Of a stretch of 64,000 nt of DNA, positions 9,086-18,253 are shown in pieces. Both the position numbers and the translations under genes were made by a program. The notes under the pieces are model-generated. The model was not told the DNA's origin. It searched no databases and saw nothing but the letters and a program-made list of their open reading frames with translations. Position 1 is the stretch's first letter, and each line of letters begins with the position of its first letter. Location of the stretch: positions 3,797-67,796 of the forward strand of contig JAKLIQ010000001.1 of assembly GCA_022709525.1 (NCBI GenBank). The letters run 5' to 3'. The DNA comes from Candidatus Omnitrophota bacterium. Its GTDB lineage: Bacteria > Omnitrophota > Omnitrophia > Omnitrophales > Aquincolibacteriaceae.

Positions 9086-10483
9086 ATGGAAGTGAAAAAC
9101 ATCAAGATCACGCTTAGCGAAAAAGACATGCCCAAACAGTGGTACAACCTTGCGGCCGACCTGCCGACGCCGATGCAGCCGCCGCTTGGGCCGGATGGGA
9201 ACCCGATCTCGCCGGATATGCTCGAAAAAGTTTTTCCTATGAATCTGATCGAACAGGAAATGAGCACGGAACGCTGGATCGATATTCCGGAGGGCGTGCT
9301 GGAAATGCTTTACCGCTGGCGTCCCGCGCCGCTGCGCCGCGCGGTCTTTCTCGAACAGCACCTCAAAACGCCGGCCAGGATCTATTACAAGGATGAGAGC
9401 GTGAGTCCCGCCGGGAGCCATAAGCCGAACACCGCCGTCGCGCAGGCCTGGTATAACAAACAATTCGGGATCAAGAAACTGACGACCGAGACGGGGGCCG
9501 GCCAGTGGGGGAGCGCGATCGCTTTCGCTTCCCAGCTCCTGGGCCTTGAATGCAAAGTCTTCATGGTCCGTATCAGTTTCGATCAGAAACCGTTCCGTAA
9601 AAGTCTGATGCGTGTCTGGGGCGCCCATTGCGTCGCGAGCCCGAGCCATGAAACCCATGCCGGCCGCGAGATCCTGAAAAAAGACCCCAAGACGCCCGGA
9701 AGTCTTGGGATCGCGATCAGCGAGGCGATCGAGGAAGCGGTCGGCGACCCGACCGGAAAAACGCGTTATTGCCTGGGGAGCGTTCTCAATCACGTCATGC
9801 TTCATCAGACCATCATCGGCCTTGAGGCGAAAAAGCAGCTCGCGCTCGCGGGCGAAAAACAGCCCGATATCGTGATCGGGTGTGCCGGCGGCGGAAGCAA
9901 TTTCGCGGGTATTTCCTCTCCTTTTGTTTGCGACAAGATCCACGGGGCGAAGATCAAGATCATTCCCGTCGAGCCCACCGCGTGCCCAACCCTGACGCGC
10001 GGGCCTTTCAGTTATGATCACGGCGATGTGGCGAAAATGACGCCGCTTCTTCCCATGCACACGCTCGGGCATAGTTTTATTCCCGCGCCGATCCACGCCG
10101 GCGGTCTTCGTTATCACGGCATGTCACCCCTCGTAAGCCAGGGCGTGGTCGAAGGGCTTCTGGAGCCGCGCGCCATCGATCAGGTCAAGTGTTATGAGGC
10201 CGCGATGCTTTGGGCCCGGACGGAAGGGGCTGTGTGCGCGCCGGAAACAAGCCACGCAATCGCTACCACGATCGAGGAAGCCGTCAAAGCGCGCGAAGAA
10301 GGAAAAGAAAAAACGATCCTTTTTTGTTACAGCGGCCACGGGCTTATGGACCTGGCGGGATACGACAAGTTCCTGAACGGAGAGCTTAAAGAATATTCAT
10401 TGCCCGATTCCTTGCTTCATGAGGCCGTCGCTTCGATCCAACATCACCCGAAACCCAAGATCGAGAAAACCGGAAAATGGTAA
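9086..10483 (+). CDS. TrpB-like PLP-dependent enzyme (tryptophan synthase beta chain type 2, TrpB2)
   Basis: …IYYKDESVSPAGSHKPNTAVAQA…TGAGQWGSA…GCAGGGSNFAG…; 465 aa. Confidence 0.8.
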   Translation: MEVKNIKITLSEKDMPKQWYNLAADLPTPMQPPLGPDGNPISPDMLEKVFPMNLIEQEMSTERWIDIPEGVLEMLYRWRPAPLRRAVFLEQHLKTPARIYYKDESVSPAGSHKPNTAVAQAWYNKQFGIKKLTTETGAGQWGSAIAFASQLLGLECKVFMVRISFDQKPFRKSLMRVWGAHCVASPSHETHAGREILKKDPKTPGSLGIAISEAIEEAVGDPTGKTRYCLGSVLNHVMLHQTIIGLEAKKQLALAGEKQPDIVIGCAGGGSNFAGISSPFVCDKIHGAKIKIIPVEPTACPTLTRGPFSYDHGDVAKMTPLLPMHTLGHSFIPAPIHAGGLRYHGMSPLVSQGVVEGLLEPRAIDQVKCYEAAMLWARTEGAVCAPETSHAIATTIEEAVKAREEGKEKTILFCYSGHGLMDLAGYDKFLNGELKEYSLPDSLLHEAVASIQHHPKPKIEKTGKW

Positions 10484-10836
10484 AGACCCTCAGAAGGCTC
10501 CTTTTGTTGACAATGCTCGCTGCCGGTTGTTCTGCGCCGCCGCCGGTAATCCCCGACATTCCCAAAGACCATCCGGCGCAGAAATTCTATCAATTCGTGA
10601 GCCAGAACATGGTTTCTGACCGCGTTTGCCGCGACGATCAGGGGGACCCCGGCATTCCGATGGGGGAGATCGTTAAAGGGGAGAAGTACGCGCGTTCGGC
10701 GGAGATCGTTCCCGGAGTTTTCCGTTTTGAAGAAAAAGCGACCGGCAAAAAATTCCTCGGAGTTTCTTTTCTGCAATACAGCGGTCTTCTTCAGATCCCC
10801 AAGGTCTGCGCGTGGGAGGACGACGCGAGGGATTAG
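10477..10836 (+). CDS. putative lipoprotein
   Basis: Lipobox LTMLAAGC after a basic N-terminus. Overlaps the trpB2 stop by 7 nt. Confidence 0.5.
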   Translation: MVKTLRRLLLLTMLAAGCSAPPPVIPDIPKDHPAQKFYQFVSQNMVSDRVCRDDQGDPGIPMGEIVKGEKYARSAEIVPGVFRFEEKATGKKFLGVSFLQYSGLLQIPKVCAWEDDARD

Positions 10837-12026
10837 GTTCCCCAGGTGAGGCTGTTCTGTTCCTGCCAGGCCGTTACGGCCAGCCGTCCGGAACCGCTCG
10901 TTCCCTGAACGTCTTTGAACGCTTCGTCAAAATGGACGGAGCCGTTGCCGGTCTGATCATAGTCCTGCGCGATCACGGCTCCGAAGATGGAGCCGTTACC
11001 GGTATTTTTAACGGGCGCGTTCGGCGCGTAAATGGCCCCGTAAAAATTCCCGTTCCCCGAGACCTTGACCGTGTCGCTTCCCGTGACCATAAGCATGAAA
11101 TTGGTGGGAACGTTGTTTTGGGTCGCGACGCCGTTGCCGGCAAGATTCACGTCGCCGTCCACATAGATCGTCACGGGGCCCGTTAAACTCAGCTTGCCGT
11201 TCCCGGTAATACTGATCGAAGAATAATGATAAGTTCCCGGCATAAGGTAGGTCGTGTTGTTCCCGCTGATATTCAAGGCGCCGGAGGACGGAAGCGTTGT
11301 GGTCGGCGCCGGATAAGAGCTGGCCTGCGCCGCCGCCGTACTGGTTCCCGTGATGGCGGCGTTCCCGTTCAGCCGGATGACGGAGCCCGGATTGCCGCTT
11401 GGGCCTACCACCGCGTCTCCCTTGATCAAAGCGTTCCCGCTCAGGGTCACGGACTGGCTGACGATGCTGTTGGTGCCGATGTCGCCGTTGTTCAGCCGGT
11501 TGCTGCCGCCGTAGGCTCCGTTCCTGGAATCATAACTGTCGACGACCGCATTACCCGTCAAGCTGATGGAATCCTGCGCGAAGACCCCGAAATTAAAAAG
11601 ACTGTTTGGTTGGATCCTGCCGTAAGTCGTGACCGCGGACGCTTGGTAAGCCCGTGAAGTGTTGACATTGGAAGGGGAAAAACCGGACGCCTGGATCATG
11701 CGGATATTGGGATTATTGGTCGGCGTCGTTACGGTGACCGTAAAGCCCCCCTGCGCGGACCCCGAACTCAACGGAACAAAGGTGGCGGTGCCGGTGTAAG
11801 CGGGATTTGCGGCGAGTTGCGCGAGCGCAAAATCCGCGGCCGATTCCGCCATATTGAACGCGATGATCTTGTTGCGGTTGCGTTCCGAAGCCTGGAGAAA
11901 GGCGTTCGCCCTTGCGAAATACGCGAAAGAGAACATCGAAACGAGCATCACGATCAGATAAGTCGCGATCAGAATAAACCCTTCCGTTCGTTTATTTTTT
12001 ACGGAACGAGGTTTATCCTTTTTCAT
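10833..12026 (-). CDS. PilX/GspK-like minor (pseudo)pilin with a Gly/Asn/Thr-rich beta-solenoid-like core, paralog 3 of 3
   Basis: N-terminal TM (GFILIATYLIVMLVSMF) without Glu+5, followed by the PilX_N-like FLQASERNRNKIIAFNMAE. Central repeats read …LMPGTYHYSSISITGNGKLSLTGPVTIYVDGDVNLAGNG…; conserved C-terminus AWQEQNSLTWGT. Confidence 0.65.
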   Translation of the reverse strand: MKKDKPRSVKNKRTEGFILIATYLIVMLVSMFSFAYFARANAFLQASERNRNKIIAFNMAESAADFALAQLAANPAYTGTATFVPLSSGSAQGGFTVTVTTPTNNPNIRMIQASGFSPSNVNTSRAYQASAVTTYGRIQPNSLFNFGVFAQDSISLTGNAVVDSYDSRNGAYGGSNRLNNGDIGTNSIVSQSVTLSGNALIKGDAVVGPSGNPGSVIRLNGNAAITGTSTAAAQASSYPAPTTTLPSSGALNISGNNTTYLMPGTYHYSSISITGNGKLSLTGPVTIYVDGDVNLAGNGVATQNNVPTNFMLMVTGSDTVKVSGNGNFYGAIYAPNAPVKNTGNGSIFGAVIAQDYDQTGNGSVHFDEAFKDVQGTSGSGRLAVTAWQEQNSLTWGT

Positions 12027-12027
12027 A

Positions 12028-13218
12028 TCATGTCCCCCAGGTCAGAGAATTTTGCTCCTGCCAGGCCCGGACACGCGGCGTTCCAAGACTTTGATCATTC
12101 GCTACTTCGGTAAGGGCCTGGTCGAAATGGATCGATGCGTTCCCCGTTTGCGTGTATTTTTTTGCGACCACCGCGCCGAACACAGCCGCATTCCCGGAAT
12201 TTTGAACCTCGGCATTAGGGGCGTAGATCGCTCCGTAAAGATCGGTTTGCCCCGCGAGCGTAACGGTTTGGGAGCCGATCACGTAAATAAGAAAATTTTT
12301 CGGCAAATTATTTTGAGATACCACACTTTGTCCGGTAAGTTCTACGGCTCCGTCCACATAGATCGTCACAGGGCCCGATGCCTGGAGGACTCCCTGTCCC
12401 GAAACTTTCAGGGAAGAATAATGATAGGTCCCTGGCATCAAAATGGTCGTTCCTCCGGTCAACTCCAGGGCTCCCGAGGAAGGAACGCTTGTAGAGGGCG
12501 TCGGGTGCGTGTAAGTGATCGCGGAGGTGCTCTGGGTTCCCGTGATCGTTGCGTTCGGCCCGACCGTAACAGCCGTGGAAGGATTGCCTCCGGGTCCGAT
12601 AAGCACGTCGCCTTTAACGATCGTCTGTCCGCCTAAGGTAATGGATCCCGCCGCGATGCTATTGACGCCGATATCGCCGTTACTGGTAGCGCTCCCGCTG
12701 GCGTATTGTCCGGTTCGGGAATCGTAGCTATCCACGCTCGCGAATCTTCCGCTCCCCGTCAAATTAACGGAATCGGCGGCAAAGATCGCAAAATTAAAAA
12801 GCGGATTGGAGCTGAACTCAAAATAAGTCGTGATGCTTGACGCCTGATAGGCGCGTGAAACCGTATTGTTATCCGGGGCAAATCCGTTGGCTTGAATGAT
12901 CCGCACCCTGGAATTATTAAGCGGCGTCGAGACAGTAACCGTGTAGCCCCCTTGCGCGGAACCGGAATTCAGAGGGGTAAAGGTCGCTGTGCCGGTGTAA
13001 TTAGGGTTGGAAACAAGCTGTCGGACGGCGAAGTCCACCGCGGCTTCAGCCATATTGAACGCCACGATCTTGTTCCGGTTGCGTTCGGACGCCTGCAGGA
13101 ACACATTGCCCCGCGTAAAATAAGCCAGCGAGAAAAGCGAGACTAGCGTTACAATCAGGTAGGTCGTAAGCAGAATGAACCCTTTGCGGTCTTTACGAAA
13201 ACGGCGTTTTGTGTCCAT
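12028..13218 (-). CDS. PilX/GspK-like minor (pseudo)pilin, paralog 2 of 3
   Basis: ORF 12028..13242. The internal ATG at 13218 (MDTKRRF…) is preceded by AGGGGGA just after the upstream stop. About 60-70% identity to its neighbours over the full length. Confidence 0.65.
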   Translation of the reverse strand: MDTKRRFRKDRKGFILLTTYLIVTLVSLFSLAYFTRGNVFLQASERNRNKIVAFNMAEAAVDFAVRQLVSNPNYTGTATFTPLNSGSAQGGYTVTVSTPLNNSRVRIIQANGFAPDNNTVSRAYQASSITTYFEFSSNPLFNFAIFAADSVNLTGSGRFASVDSYDSRTGQYASGSATSNGDIGVNSIAAGSITLGGQTIVKGDVLIGPGGNPSTAVTVGPNATITGTQSTSAITYTHPTPSTSVPSSGALELTGGTTILMPGTYHYSSLKVSGQGVLQASGPVTIYVDGAVELTGQSVVSQNNLPKNFLIYVIGSQTVTLAGQTDLYGAIYAPNAEVQNSGNAAVFGAVVAKKYTQTGNASIHFDQALTEVANDQSLGTPRVRAWQEQNSLTWGT

Positions 13219-13229
13219 TGTTTCCCCCT

Positions 13230-14408
13230 TTAAGTATTCCAAGTCAAACTGTTCTGTTCCTGCCAGGCCGTTACTTCAAAGACCAGCCGCTGGTCGCTTT
13301 CGACTTCCGTCATCGCGAGGTCGAAATGAATGGAGCTGTTGCCTGTCTGGACATAATCTTTGGACACGACGGCCCCGAAAATACCTCCATTCCCGTCATT
13401 TTTGACAAGGGAATTGGGAGCGTAGATACCGCCATAAAAAGAACCGTTGCCCGCCACTTTTACCGTATCGGAGGTTGTCACATAGATCAAAAGATTCGTC
13501 GGCAGATTATCCGCTGTGACGATCCCGTTGCCGGTAATATCCACCGGTCCGCTTACATAAATGATCACTTGCCCCGTAAGACTTAAGGTTCCATTTCCCG
13601 AGATCGAAAGAGAATCGTAGTGATACGTTCCCGGCATGAGCGTTTGAGTGCCGGTGGTGACGGCCAGATCGCCCGAAGAGGGAAGCGTTGTGGAAGGCGT
13701 CGGATAATCCTGAAGCTCCGTCAGCGTTCCGGTCGTTCCCGCGATCGTCGCGTTCGGCCCTATATCCACTCCATCATCCGGGTCTCCGCTGGGGCCGATC
13801 AAGGCGTCTCCCTGTACGATCGTTTTTCCATTGAGCGTAATCGCCCCGGCCGCGATGCTATTGGTTCCGATATCACCGTCGCTGCCGCCCGAAGTATAAG
13901 GGCCGAGGCGGGAATCGTAGCTGTCAACGCTGGCCATCTTATCCGTTCCGGTCAGCGTAAGGGTGTTTTCGGCGAACACCGCAAAGTCAAAAAGATTGCT
14001 TGGCCGGAACATTCCGTAGACCACGACCGGCACGGATTGGTAGGCGCGGGAAGCGCTGTTGTTGTCCGGCGCGAAGCCGGTAGCTTGGATGATGCGGACC
14101 ATGGGATTGGCAGCTTCTCGCGTGACGCTTACCGTAAAGCCCCCGCGTCCGGCGGTCCCGTTCATGGGTACATAGACCGGTGTTCCGCCGTAATTCAGGT
14201 CCGTGTTCAACTGGGTAATGGCAAAATCAACGCCGTTCTCCGCCATATTGAACGCCACGATCTTATTGCGGTTGCGTTCGGACGCTTGAAGGAACGTGTT
14301 ATGCCGGGAAAAGAATACCAGTGAAAAAATGGCCACCAGCAAGACCACCAGAAAAACCACCACGAGTATGAATCCTTTTTCTTTTTGGCGCGTCGCGTAA
14401 GCGTTCAT
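13230..14408 (-). CDS. PilX/GspK-like minor (pseudo)pilin, paralog 1 of 3
   Basis: Same architecture as paralogs 2 and 3: KGFILVVVFLVV…FLQASERNRNKIVAFNMAE…DSYDSR…GTYHYDSLSISGNGTLSLTG…AWQEQNSLTWNT. ATGA overlap with the upstream gene. Confidence 0.65.
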   Translation of the reverse strand: MNAYATRQKEKGFILVVVFLVVLLVAIFSLVFFSRHNTFLQASERNRNKIVAFNMAENGVDFAITQLNTDLNYGGTPVYVPMNGTAGRGGFTVSVTREAANPMVRIIQATGFAPDNNSASRAYQSVPVVVYGMFRPSNLFDFAVFAENTLTLTGTDKMASVDSYDSRLGPYTSGGSDGDIGTNSIAAGAITLNGKTIVQGDALIGPSGDPDDGVDIGPNATIAGTTGTLTELQDYPTPSTTLPSSGDLAVTTGTQTLMPGTYHYDSLSISGNGTLSLTGQVIIYVSGPVDITGNGIVTADNLPTNLLIYVTTSDTVKVAGNGSFYGGIYAPNSLVKNDGNGGIFGAVVSKDYVQTGNSSIHFDLAMTEVESDQRLVFEVTAWQEQNSLTWNT

Positions 14409-14971
14409 GGGTTCCGGACCTCCGCTTGTGCGGTTAATTGCAATGGGGCGGACGGTACGGGGCGTCCCGAAGTCAGGTTCCGCTGGGCGCTGATCGTGAT
14501 CGTCACGACATTCGGCTGAGCCGCGTCGCCCGTGAACTGGAGCGCTGTGACATCGTTAGCCAGCACCGAAGTTCTATTGGTCGCCAGGTCCGTTCGCAGG
14601 ATTTGACGGTTACCGGCGCCACCGAGCGCGTACTGGATCTGATGCGCTCCCGTCCAATTTACCGTATAGCTTGTGGTGCTTACCAGCGAAGCGGGGTCGG
14701 GGACCGCGAACTGGATCGAGGCGCTGTTTCCCGCGATCGTGATGCGGCTTGGCGCGGATTGCCGTATCTCCTGGACCATTTTATAAAGGGCCTCGCGCGC
14801 CGTATCCTGGAGGAGCATCTTGGTTTGGCTGAGCTGGGATTGTTCGGTGCCGACCCGCAGGATCGCAAGCACGCCCATAAACACAACGGAAGAAAGGCCC
14901 ACCACGATCATGAGTTCCGAGACCGTAAAACCTTTTGCGCCCTTCTTTCCCAATATTTTCATAAATGTCAC
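14405..14971 (-). CDS. prepilin-type N-terminal cleavage/methylation domain protein (GspJ/PilW-like pseudopilin)
   Basis: KGFTVSELMIVVGLSSVVF… class-III signal motif with Glu+5; 188 aa. 4-nt overlaps on both sides. Confidence 0.65.
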   Translation of the reverse strand: MTFMKILGKKGAKGFTVSELMIVVGLSSVVFMGVLAILRVGTEQSQLSQTKMLLQDTAREALYKMVQEIRQSAPSRITIAGNSASIQFAVPDPASLVSTTSYTVNWTGAHQIQYALGGAGNRQILRTDLATNRTSVLANDVTALQFTGDAAQPNVVTITISAQRNLTSGRPVPSAPLQLTAQAEVRNP

Positions 14972-15375
14972 CTTTGCGTGATCAAGGTTCTTAAAGCCAT
15001 CGTTGACGGTCTTCGCGTGTTCGAAGTCCAGGTCACCGTTACCGTCGCGTCCAAAGGATCGGTCGCTGTGTTCACATAACTGACCGTGACTTGTTCGCCG
15101 GTCAGATTGGCAAAGCCCGCCACGGCGCCGTTCTGCGGGAAGGCCGTGGTGACGTTGCCCGGGAAAATCCCGGTTTGCGCCGCGCTCCGCATCCTTTCAA
15201 TGACCCGGTGCGCGTCTTGCGTCGCCACCGTCCGCTCGAAGGCCTCCTCCGAGTTCCTCTGGATCACGACATTGGCGCCGATGTACCCCGCGATCGCAAG
15301 CGCCGTCACGAAAAGCGCTATCATCAACTCGATGATGGTAAACCCCCTCTGTCCTCTCAAAAACCCCTTCATCAT
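14968..15375 (-). CDS. prepilin-type pseudopilin (GspH/PilV-like)
   Basis: RGFTIIELMIALFVTALAI… is a canonical G|FTxxE prepilin leader. RBS AAAGGAGAA upstream. First gene of a 5-gene minus-strand operon. Confidence 0.7.
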   Translation of the reverse strand: MMKGFLRGQRGFTIIELMIALFVTALAIAGYIGANVVIQRNSEEAFERTVATQDAHRVIERMRSAAQTGIFPGNVTTAFPQNGAVAGFANLTGEQVTVSYVNTATDPLDATVTVTWTSNTRRPSTMALRTLITQR

Positions 15376-15790
15376 TTCTCCTTTTGGGACGCTTTATACC
15401 ATCCCTACCATTAAGTTTATAGTTTCGTCAGGTGCGGTGCAACTTTATTTAAATAGTAAAAAAAATCATTTTTATTTTAAAAAGTCTTATTTATATCAAT
15501 TTATAGCATTTTTATATCGAAAATCATAAGTCTAAAAAATTGAAATTCGAAGCGAAAATTTCGAAAATCCTTTCTCTATTTCAGTAACGGCCAAGAAAGA
15601 ATTTTTTCAACTCCAGAGATGCCCCCGATCTTTTAAATCGCGAAGATTGAAATTTTCACAACTTATTCATAACGCTGGATTAACGGCCTTGCGATTTTGT
15701 ATACTACGCTTTGTCATAAGTTCCGGTTTTCTTTCCCATTCAAAGGAGCGTCATGACGCCCAAATCTCTATTTTTCGATCAAGGAAGATC
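15376..15790. promoter_or_regulatory. AT-rich divergent intergenic region (promoters for the pseudopilin operon and the kefB-like gene)
   Basis: About 415 bp of roughly 30% GC (…taaatagtaaaaaaaatcatttttattttaaaaagtcttatttatatcaatttatagcattttta…) embedded in about 60% GC DNA, lying between divergently transcribed genes. Confidence 0.5.
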
Positions 15791-17545
15791 ATGGCAAATC
15801 CTTCATTTCTAAAAGAGATCCTTCTGGTTCTTTTGATGGCCACCGCCGTGGCCATGGTTTTTGAAAGGTTCCGCCTCCCCGCCATCCTTGGTTTCCTCTT
15901 AACGGGCGTTCTTATCGGGCCGCAAGGGTTGGGCATTCTTTCCAACAGTGAACATATCCGTATCCTTGCGGAGCTCGGCGTGGTGCTTCTGATGCTTACG
16001 ATCGGACTGGAATTCTCCGTCGAGCGTTTGCGTGGCATGCAGAATATCGCCGTGATCGGCGGGACGCTCCAGATCTTTATTTCGATCGCCGTCTCAGCCG
16101 TTTTCGGCTGGTGGCGCGGGTGGACCTTCTATGAGAGTTTTTTTCTCGGTTCGGTCATTGCGCTCAGTTCCACCGCGATCGTGCTCAAATACCTCATGGA
16201 CCGGGGCGAGATCGACGCGCCGCACGGCCGCATCGCGATCTCGATCCTTATTTTTCAGGACCTTGCGGTGGTGCCGCTTATGATCTTTCTCTCGGCTTTC
16301 GGCCAGCCGATGAGCTCGATCGGTCTTTCCCTTAGTTTGGCGCTTCTTAAGACCATTTTGCTTCTCGCCGGTGCGTTCATTTTTTCCAGATACCTTCTGC
16401 CGCAGCTTCTTTACCGCGTGGCGGTAGTCCGTAACCGGGAGGTCTTTTTCCTTTTCTCGGTTGTGGTCTGTCTCGGCATGGCCTGGGGAAGCGGGGCGCT
16501 CGGTCTTTCGATGGCTATCGGCGCCCTATTGGCGGGTTTTATGTTCGCCAATACGGGGTTTTCGCATCAGTTGATCGGTGACATCCTTCCGTTCCGGCAT
16601 CTTTTCGTAAGCATTTTCTTCGTTTCAATGGGGCTTCTTTTTGATATCCACTTCTTTCTGAACCATGTTGGCCTCGTTCTTCTGGTGGTGGGCCTGGTGC
16701 TTTTCGTGAATTTCGTCATTATGACGCTTCTCATCATGGCGTTCGGCTTTCCTCCGCGTGTTGCCGTGATCACCGGCATTATCCTTTCTCAGATCGGGGA
16801 ATTCTCGTTTCTCCTGATTGAAACGGCGCGGACCTCGGGGCATATTACGCCGGCGCTTTACCAGATATTGCTTTCCACGGCGTTCATCACGCTTTTGATG
16901 ACCCCGCTTTTTTTCGCCGCGATCCCGCTTGTTTTGAAGATCCTCAGCCGGTTTGTGATCTTTGGCGTTCCGCCGCGCAGCTGGACCCGGCCGGATCGGA
17001 CACTTGCCGCTTTGCACGGCCACGTGATCCTTTGCGGTTTTGGGCCGACGGGCCGCGACCTCGCCGCGGCTTTTCAAGAGGAGAATGTTCCCTTTGTGAT
17101 CATCGAAATGAATCCCGTCAAGATCCGCGACGCGAAAAGAATGCATATGAAAGCGATTTATGGCGACGCGTCAAACCGCGAGGTCCTAAAACGGGCGGGG
17201 ATCGGCCGCGCTCGTGCAGTGATCGTAAGCTTTCCAGACGCGCTTGGTATGGCGCAGATCATCCGGGTCGTGCAGGATCTGAACCCCGGAGTGACTTTGG
17301 CGGTCCGTACGCGCTACGAAGGGCAGATGCCGCGGCTTTATGAGCTCGGAGCGGATATTGTGGTGACCGAAGAATGGGAAGCCAGTTATGAGCTGAACCG
17401 GTTGATCCTGGGGCAACTGAATGTTCCGGGCGAGCGCATCGAACACCACCTGCACCGGATCCGCTCCCGCAAGGAAGTCGCCATCGAAGAAGCGATCTTC
17501 AAGCGCTCCGTTAAAAATCCGATTTTGTTCTCAAAAACAAAATAG
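15791..17545 (+). CDS. monovalent cation:proton antiporter-2 (KefB/KefC-like) with a C-terminal TrkA-N/RCK domain
   Basis: ORF 15647..17545. The start MANPSFLKEILLV at 15791 has RBS AAGGAAG. There are 12-13 TM helices, then HVILCGFGPTGRDLAAAFQEENVPFVIIE (Rossmann RCK). Confidence 0.8.
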   Translation: MANPSFLKEILLVLLMATAVAMVFERFRLPAILGFLLTGVLIGPQGLGILSNSEHIRILAELGVVLLMLTIGLEFSVERLRGMQNIAVIGGTLQIFISIAVSAVFGWWRGWTFYESFFLGSVIALSSTAIVLKYLMDRGEIDAPHGRIAISILIFQDLAVVPLMIFLSAFGQPMSSIGLSLSLALLKTILLLAGAFIFSRYLLPQLLYRVAVVRNREVFFLFSVVVCLGMAWGSGALGLSMAIGALLAGFMFANTGFSHQLIGDILPFRHLFVSIFFVSMGLLFDIHFFLNHVGLVLLVVGLVLFVNFVIMTLLIMAFGFPPRVAVITGIILSQIGEFSFLLIETARTSGHITPALYQILLSTAFITLLMTPLFFAAIPLVLKILSRFVIFGVPPRSWTRPDRTLAALHGHVILCGFGPTGRDLAAAFQEENVPFVIIEMNPVKIRDAKRMHMKAIYGDASNREVLKRAGIGRARAVIVSFPDALGMAQIIRVVQDLNPGVTLAVRTRYEGQMPRLYELGADIVVTEEWEASYELNRLILGQLNVPGERIEHHLHRIRSRKEVAIEEAIFKRSVKNPILFSKTK

Positions 17546-17561
17546 AAAAGGAATATCAAGA

Positions 17562-18233
17562 GTGAAACAAAACCGTGTTCATTGGGCCATATTGGCGGTC
17601 CTAACCATTTTTTTGATCCTGATCCTGACAGGGCGTATTTTTAACCCGCAAAACGAGCCGCTTGTTTTTGAACAGAGCCCTTCCAGCTTCGCTTCGAAGG
17701 ACTACGCGCCGCCCGAAACTTCCATAGTTGACGAACAGTTCAATTTTCATTTTGTAACCCCATTTCTTTGGCGGTCCGCTCAGCCAAGCGAAAAATCGCT
17801 TCAAAGGATGAGGGACCACGGCCTGAAGACCCTGATCAATTTGAAACGGGATGAGACGAATCATGCATGGGAAAGATCTGCGGCCGAAAGAATAGGCCTC
17901 CAATATTATTATTTTCCTATGGACGCCGAAGGAGACCATGATCTTGAGCAGATCGCTGAGATCCTTCGCGTGATCAAGGACCCCGCCAATCATCCCGTTT
18001 TGATCCATTGTCATGGCGGAAAGGACCGAACCGGTTTGATCTCGTCGATTTTTAAAATTGAATATACAGAGGAAGATTTTAATGATATCTATAAGGAGAT
18101 GCTGGTGTTTGGCTACCACCAAGAGAGATTTCCCTCTGTTCTGAAGACCATCAGGCGATGGTGCGAAATCCGTCATCGTTCGGAGATCGCCAATAAGATC
18201 GCTCCGGATGGACATGGACTGATAGAATCTTAA
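17562..18233 (+). CDS. membrane-anchored dual-specificity / tyrosine protein phosphatase
   Basis: GTG start at 17562 (RBS AAAAGGAA) in ORF 17421..18233. N-terminal TM, then the HCHGGKDRTG CX5R P-loop. Confidence 0.65.
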   Translation: MKQNRVHWAILAVLTIFLILILTGRIFNPQNEPLVFEQSPSSFASKDYAPPETSIVDEQFNFHFVTPFLWRSAQPSEKSLQRMRDHGLKTLINLKRDETNHAWERSAAERIGLQYYYFPMDAEGDHDLEQIAEILRVIKDPANHPVLIHCHGGKDRTGLISSIFKIEYTEEDFNDIYKEMLVFGYHQERFPSVLKTIRRWCEIRHRSEIANKIAPDGHGLIES

Positions 18234-18253
18234 ATTTCAAAAAGGAGGCGAAC

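Noticed and set aside
9068-10117. 349-aa minus-strand ORF
   Set aside because: It lies entirely antisense to the well-supported TrpB2 gene. Arg/Gly-rich low-complexity translation is typical of shadow ORFs in high-GC DNA.
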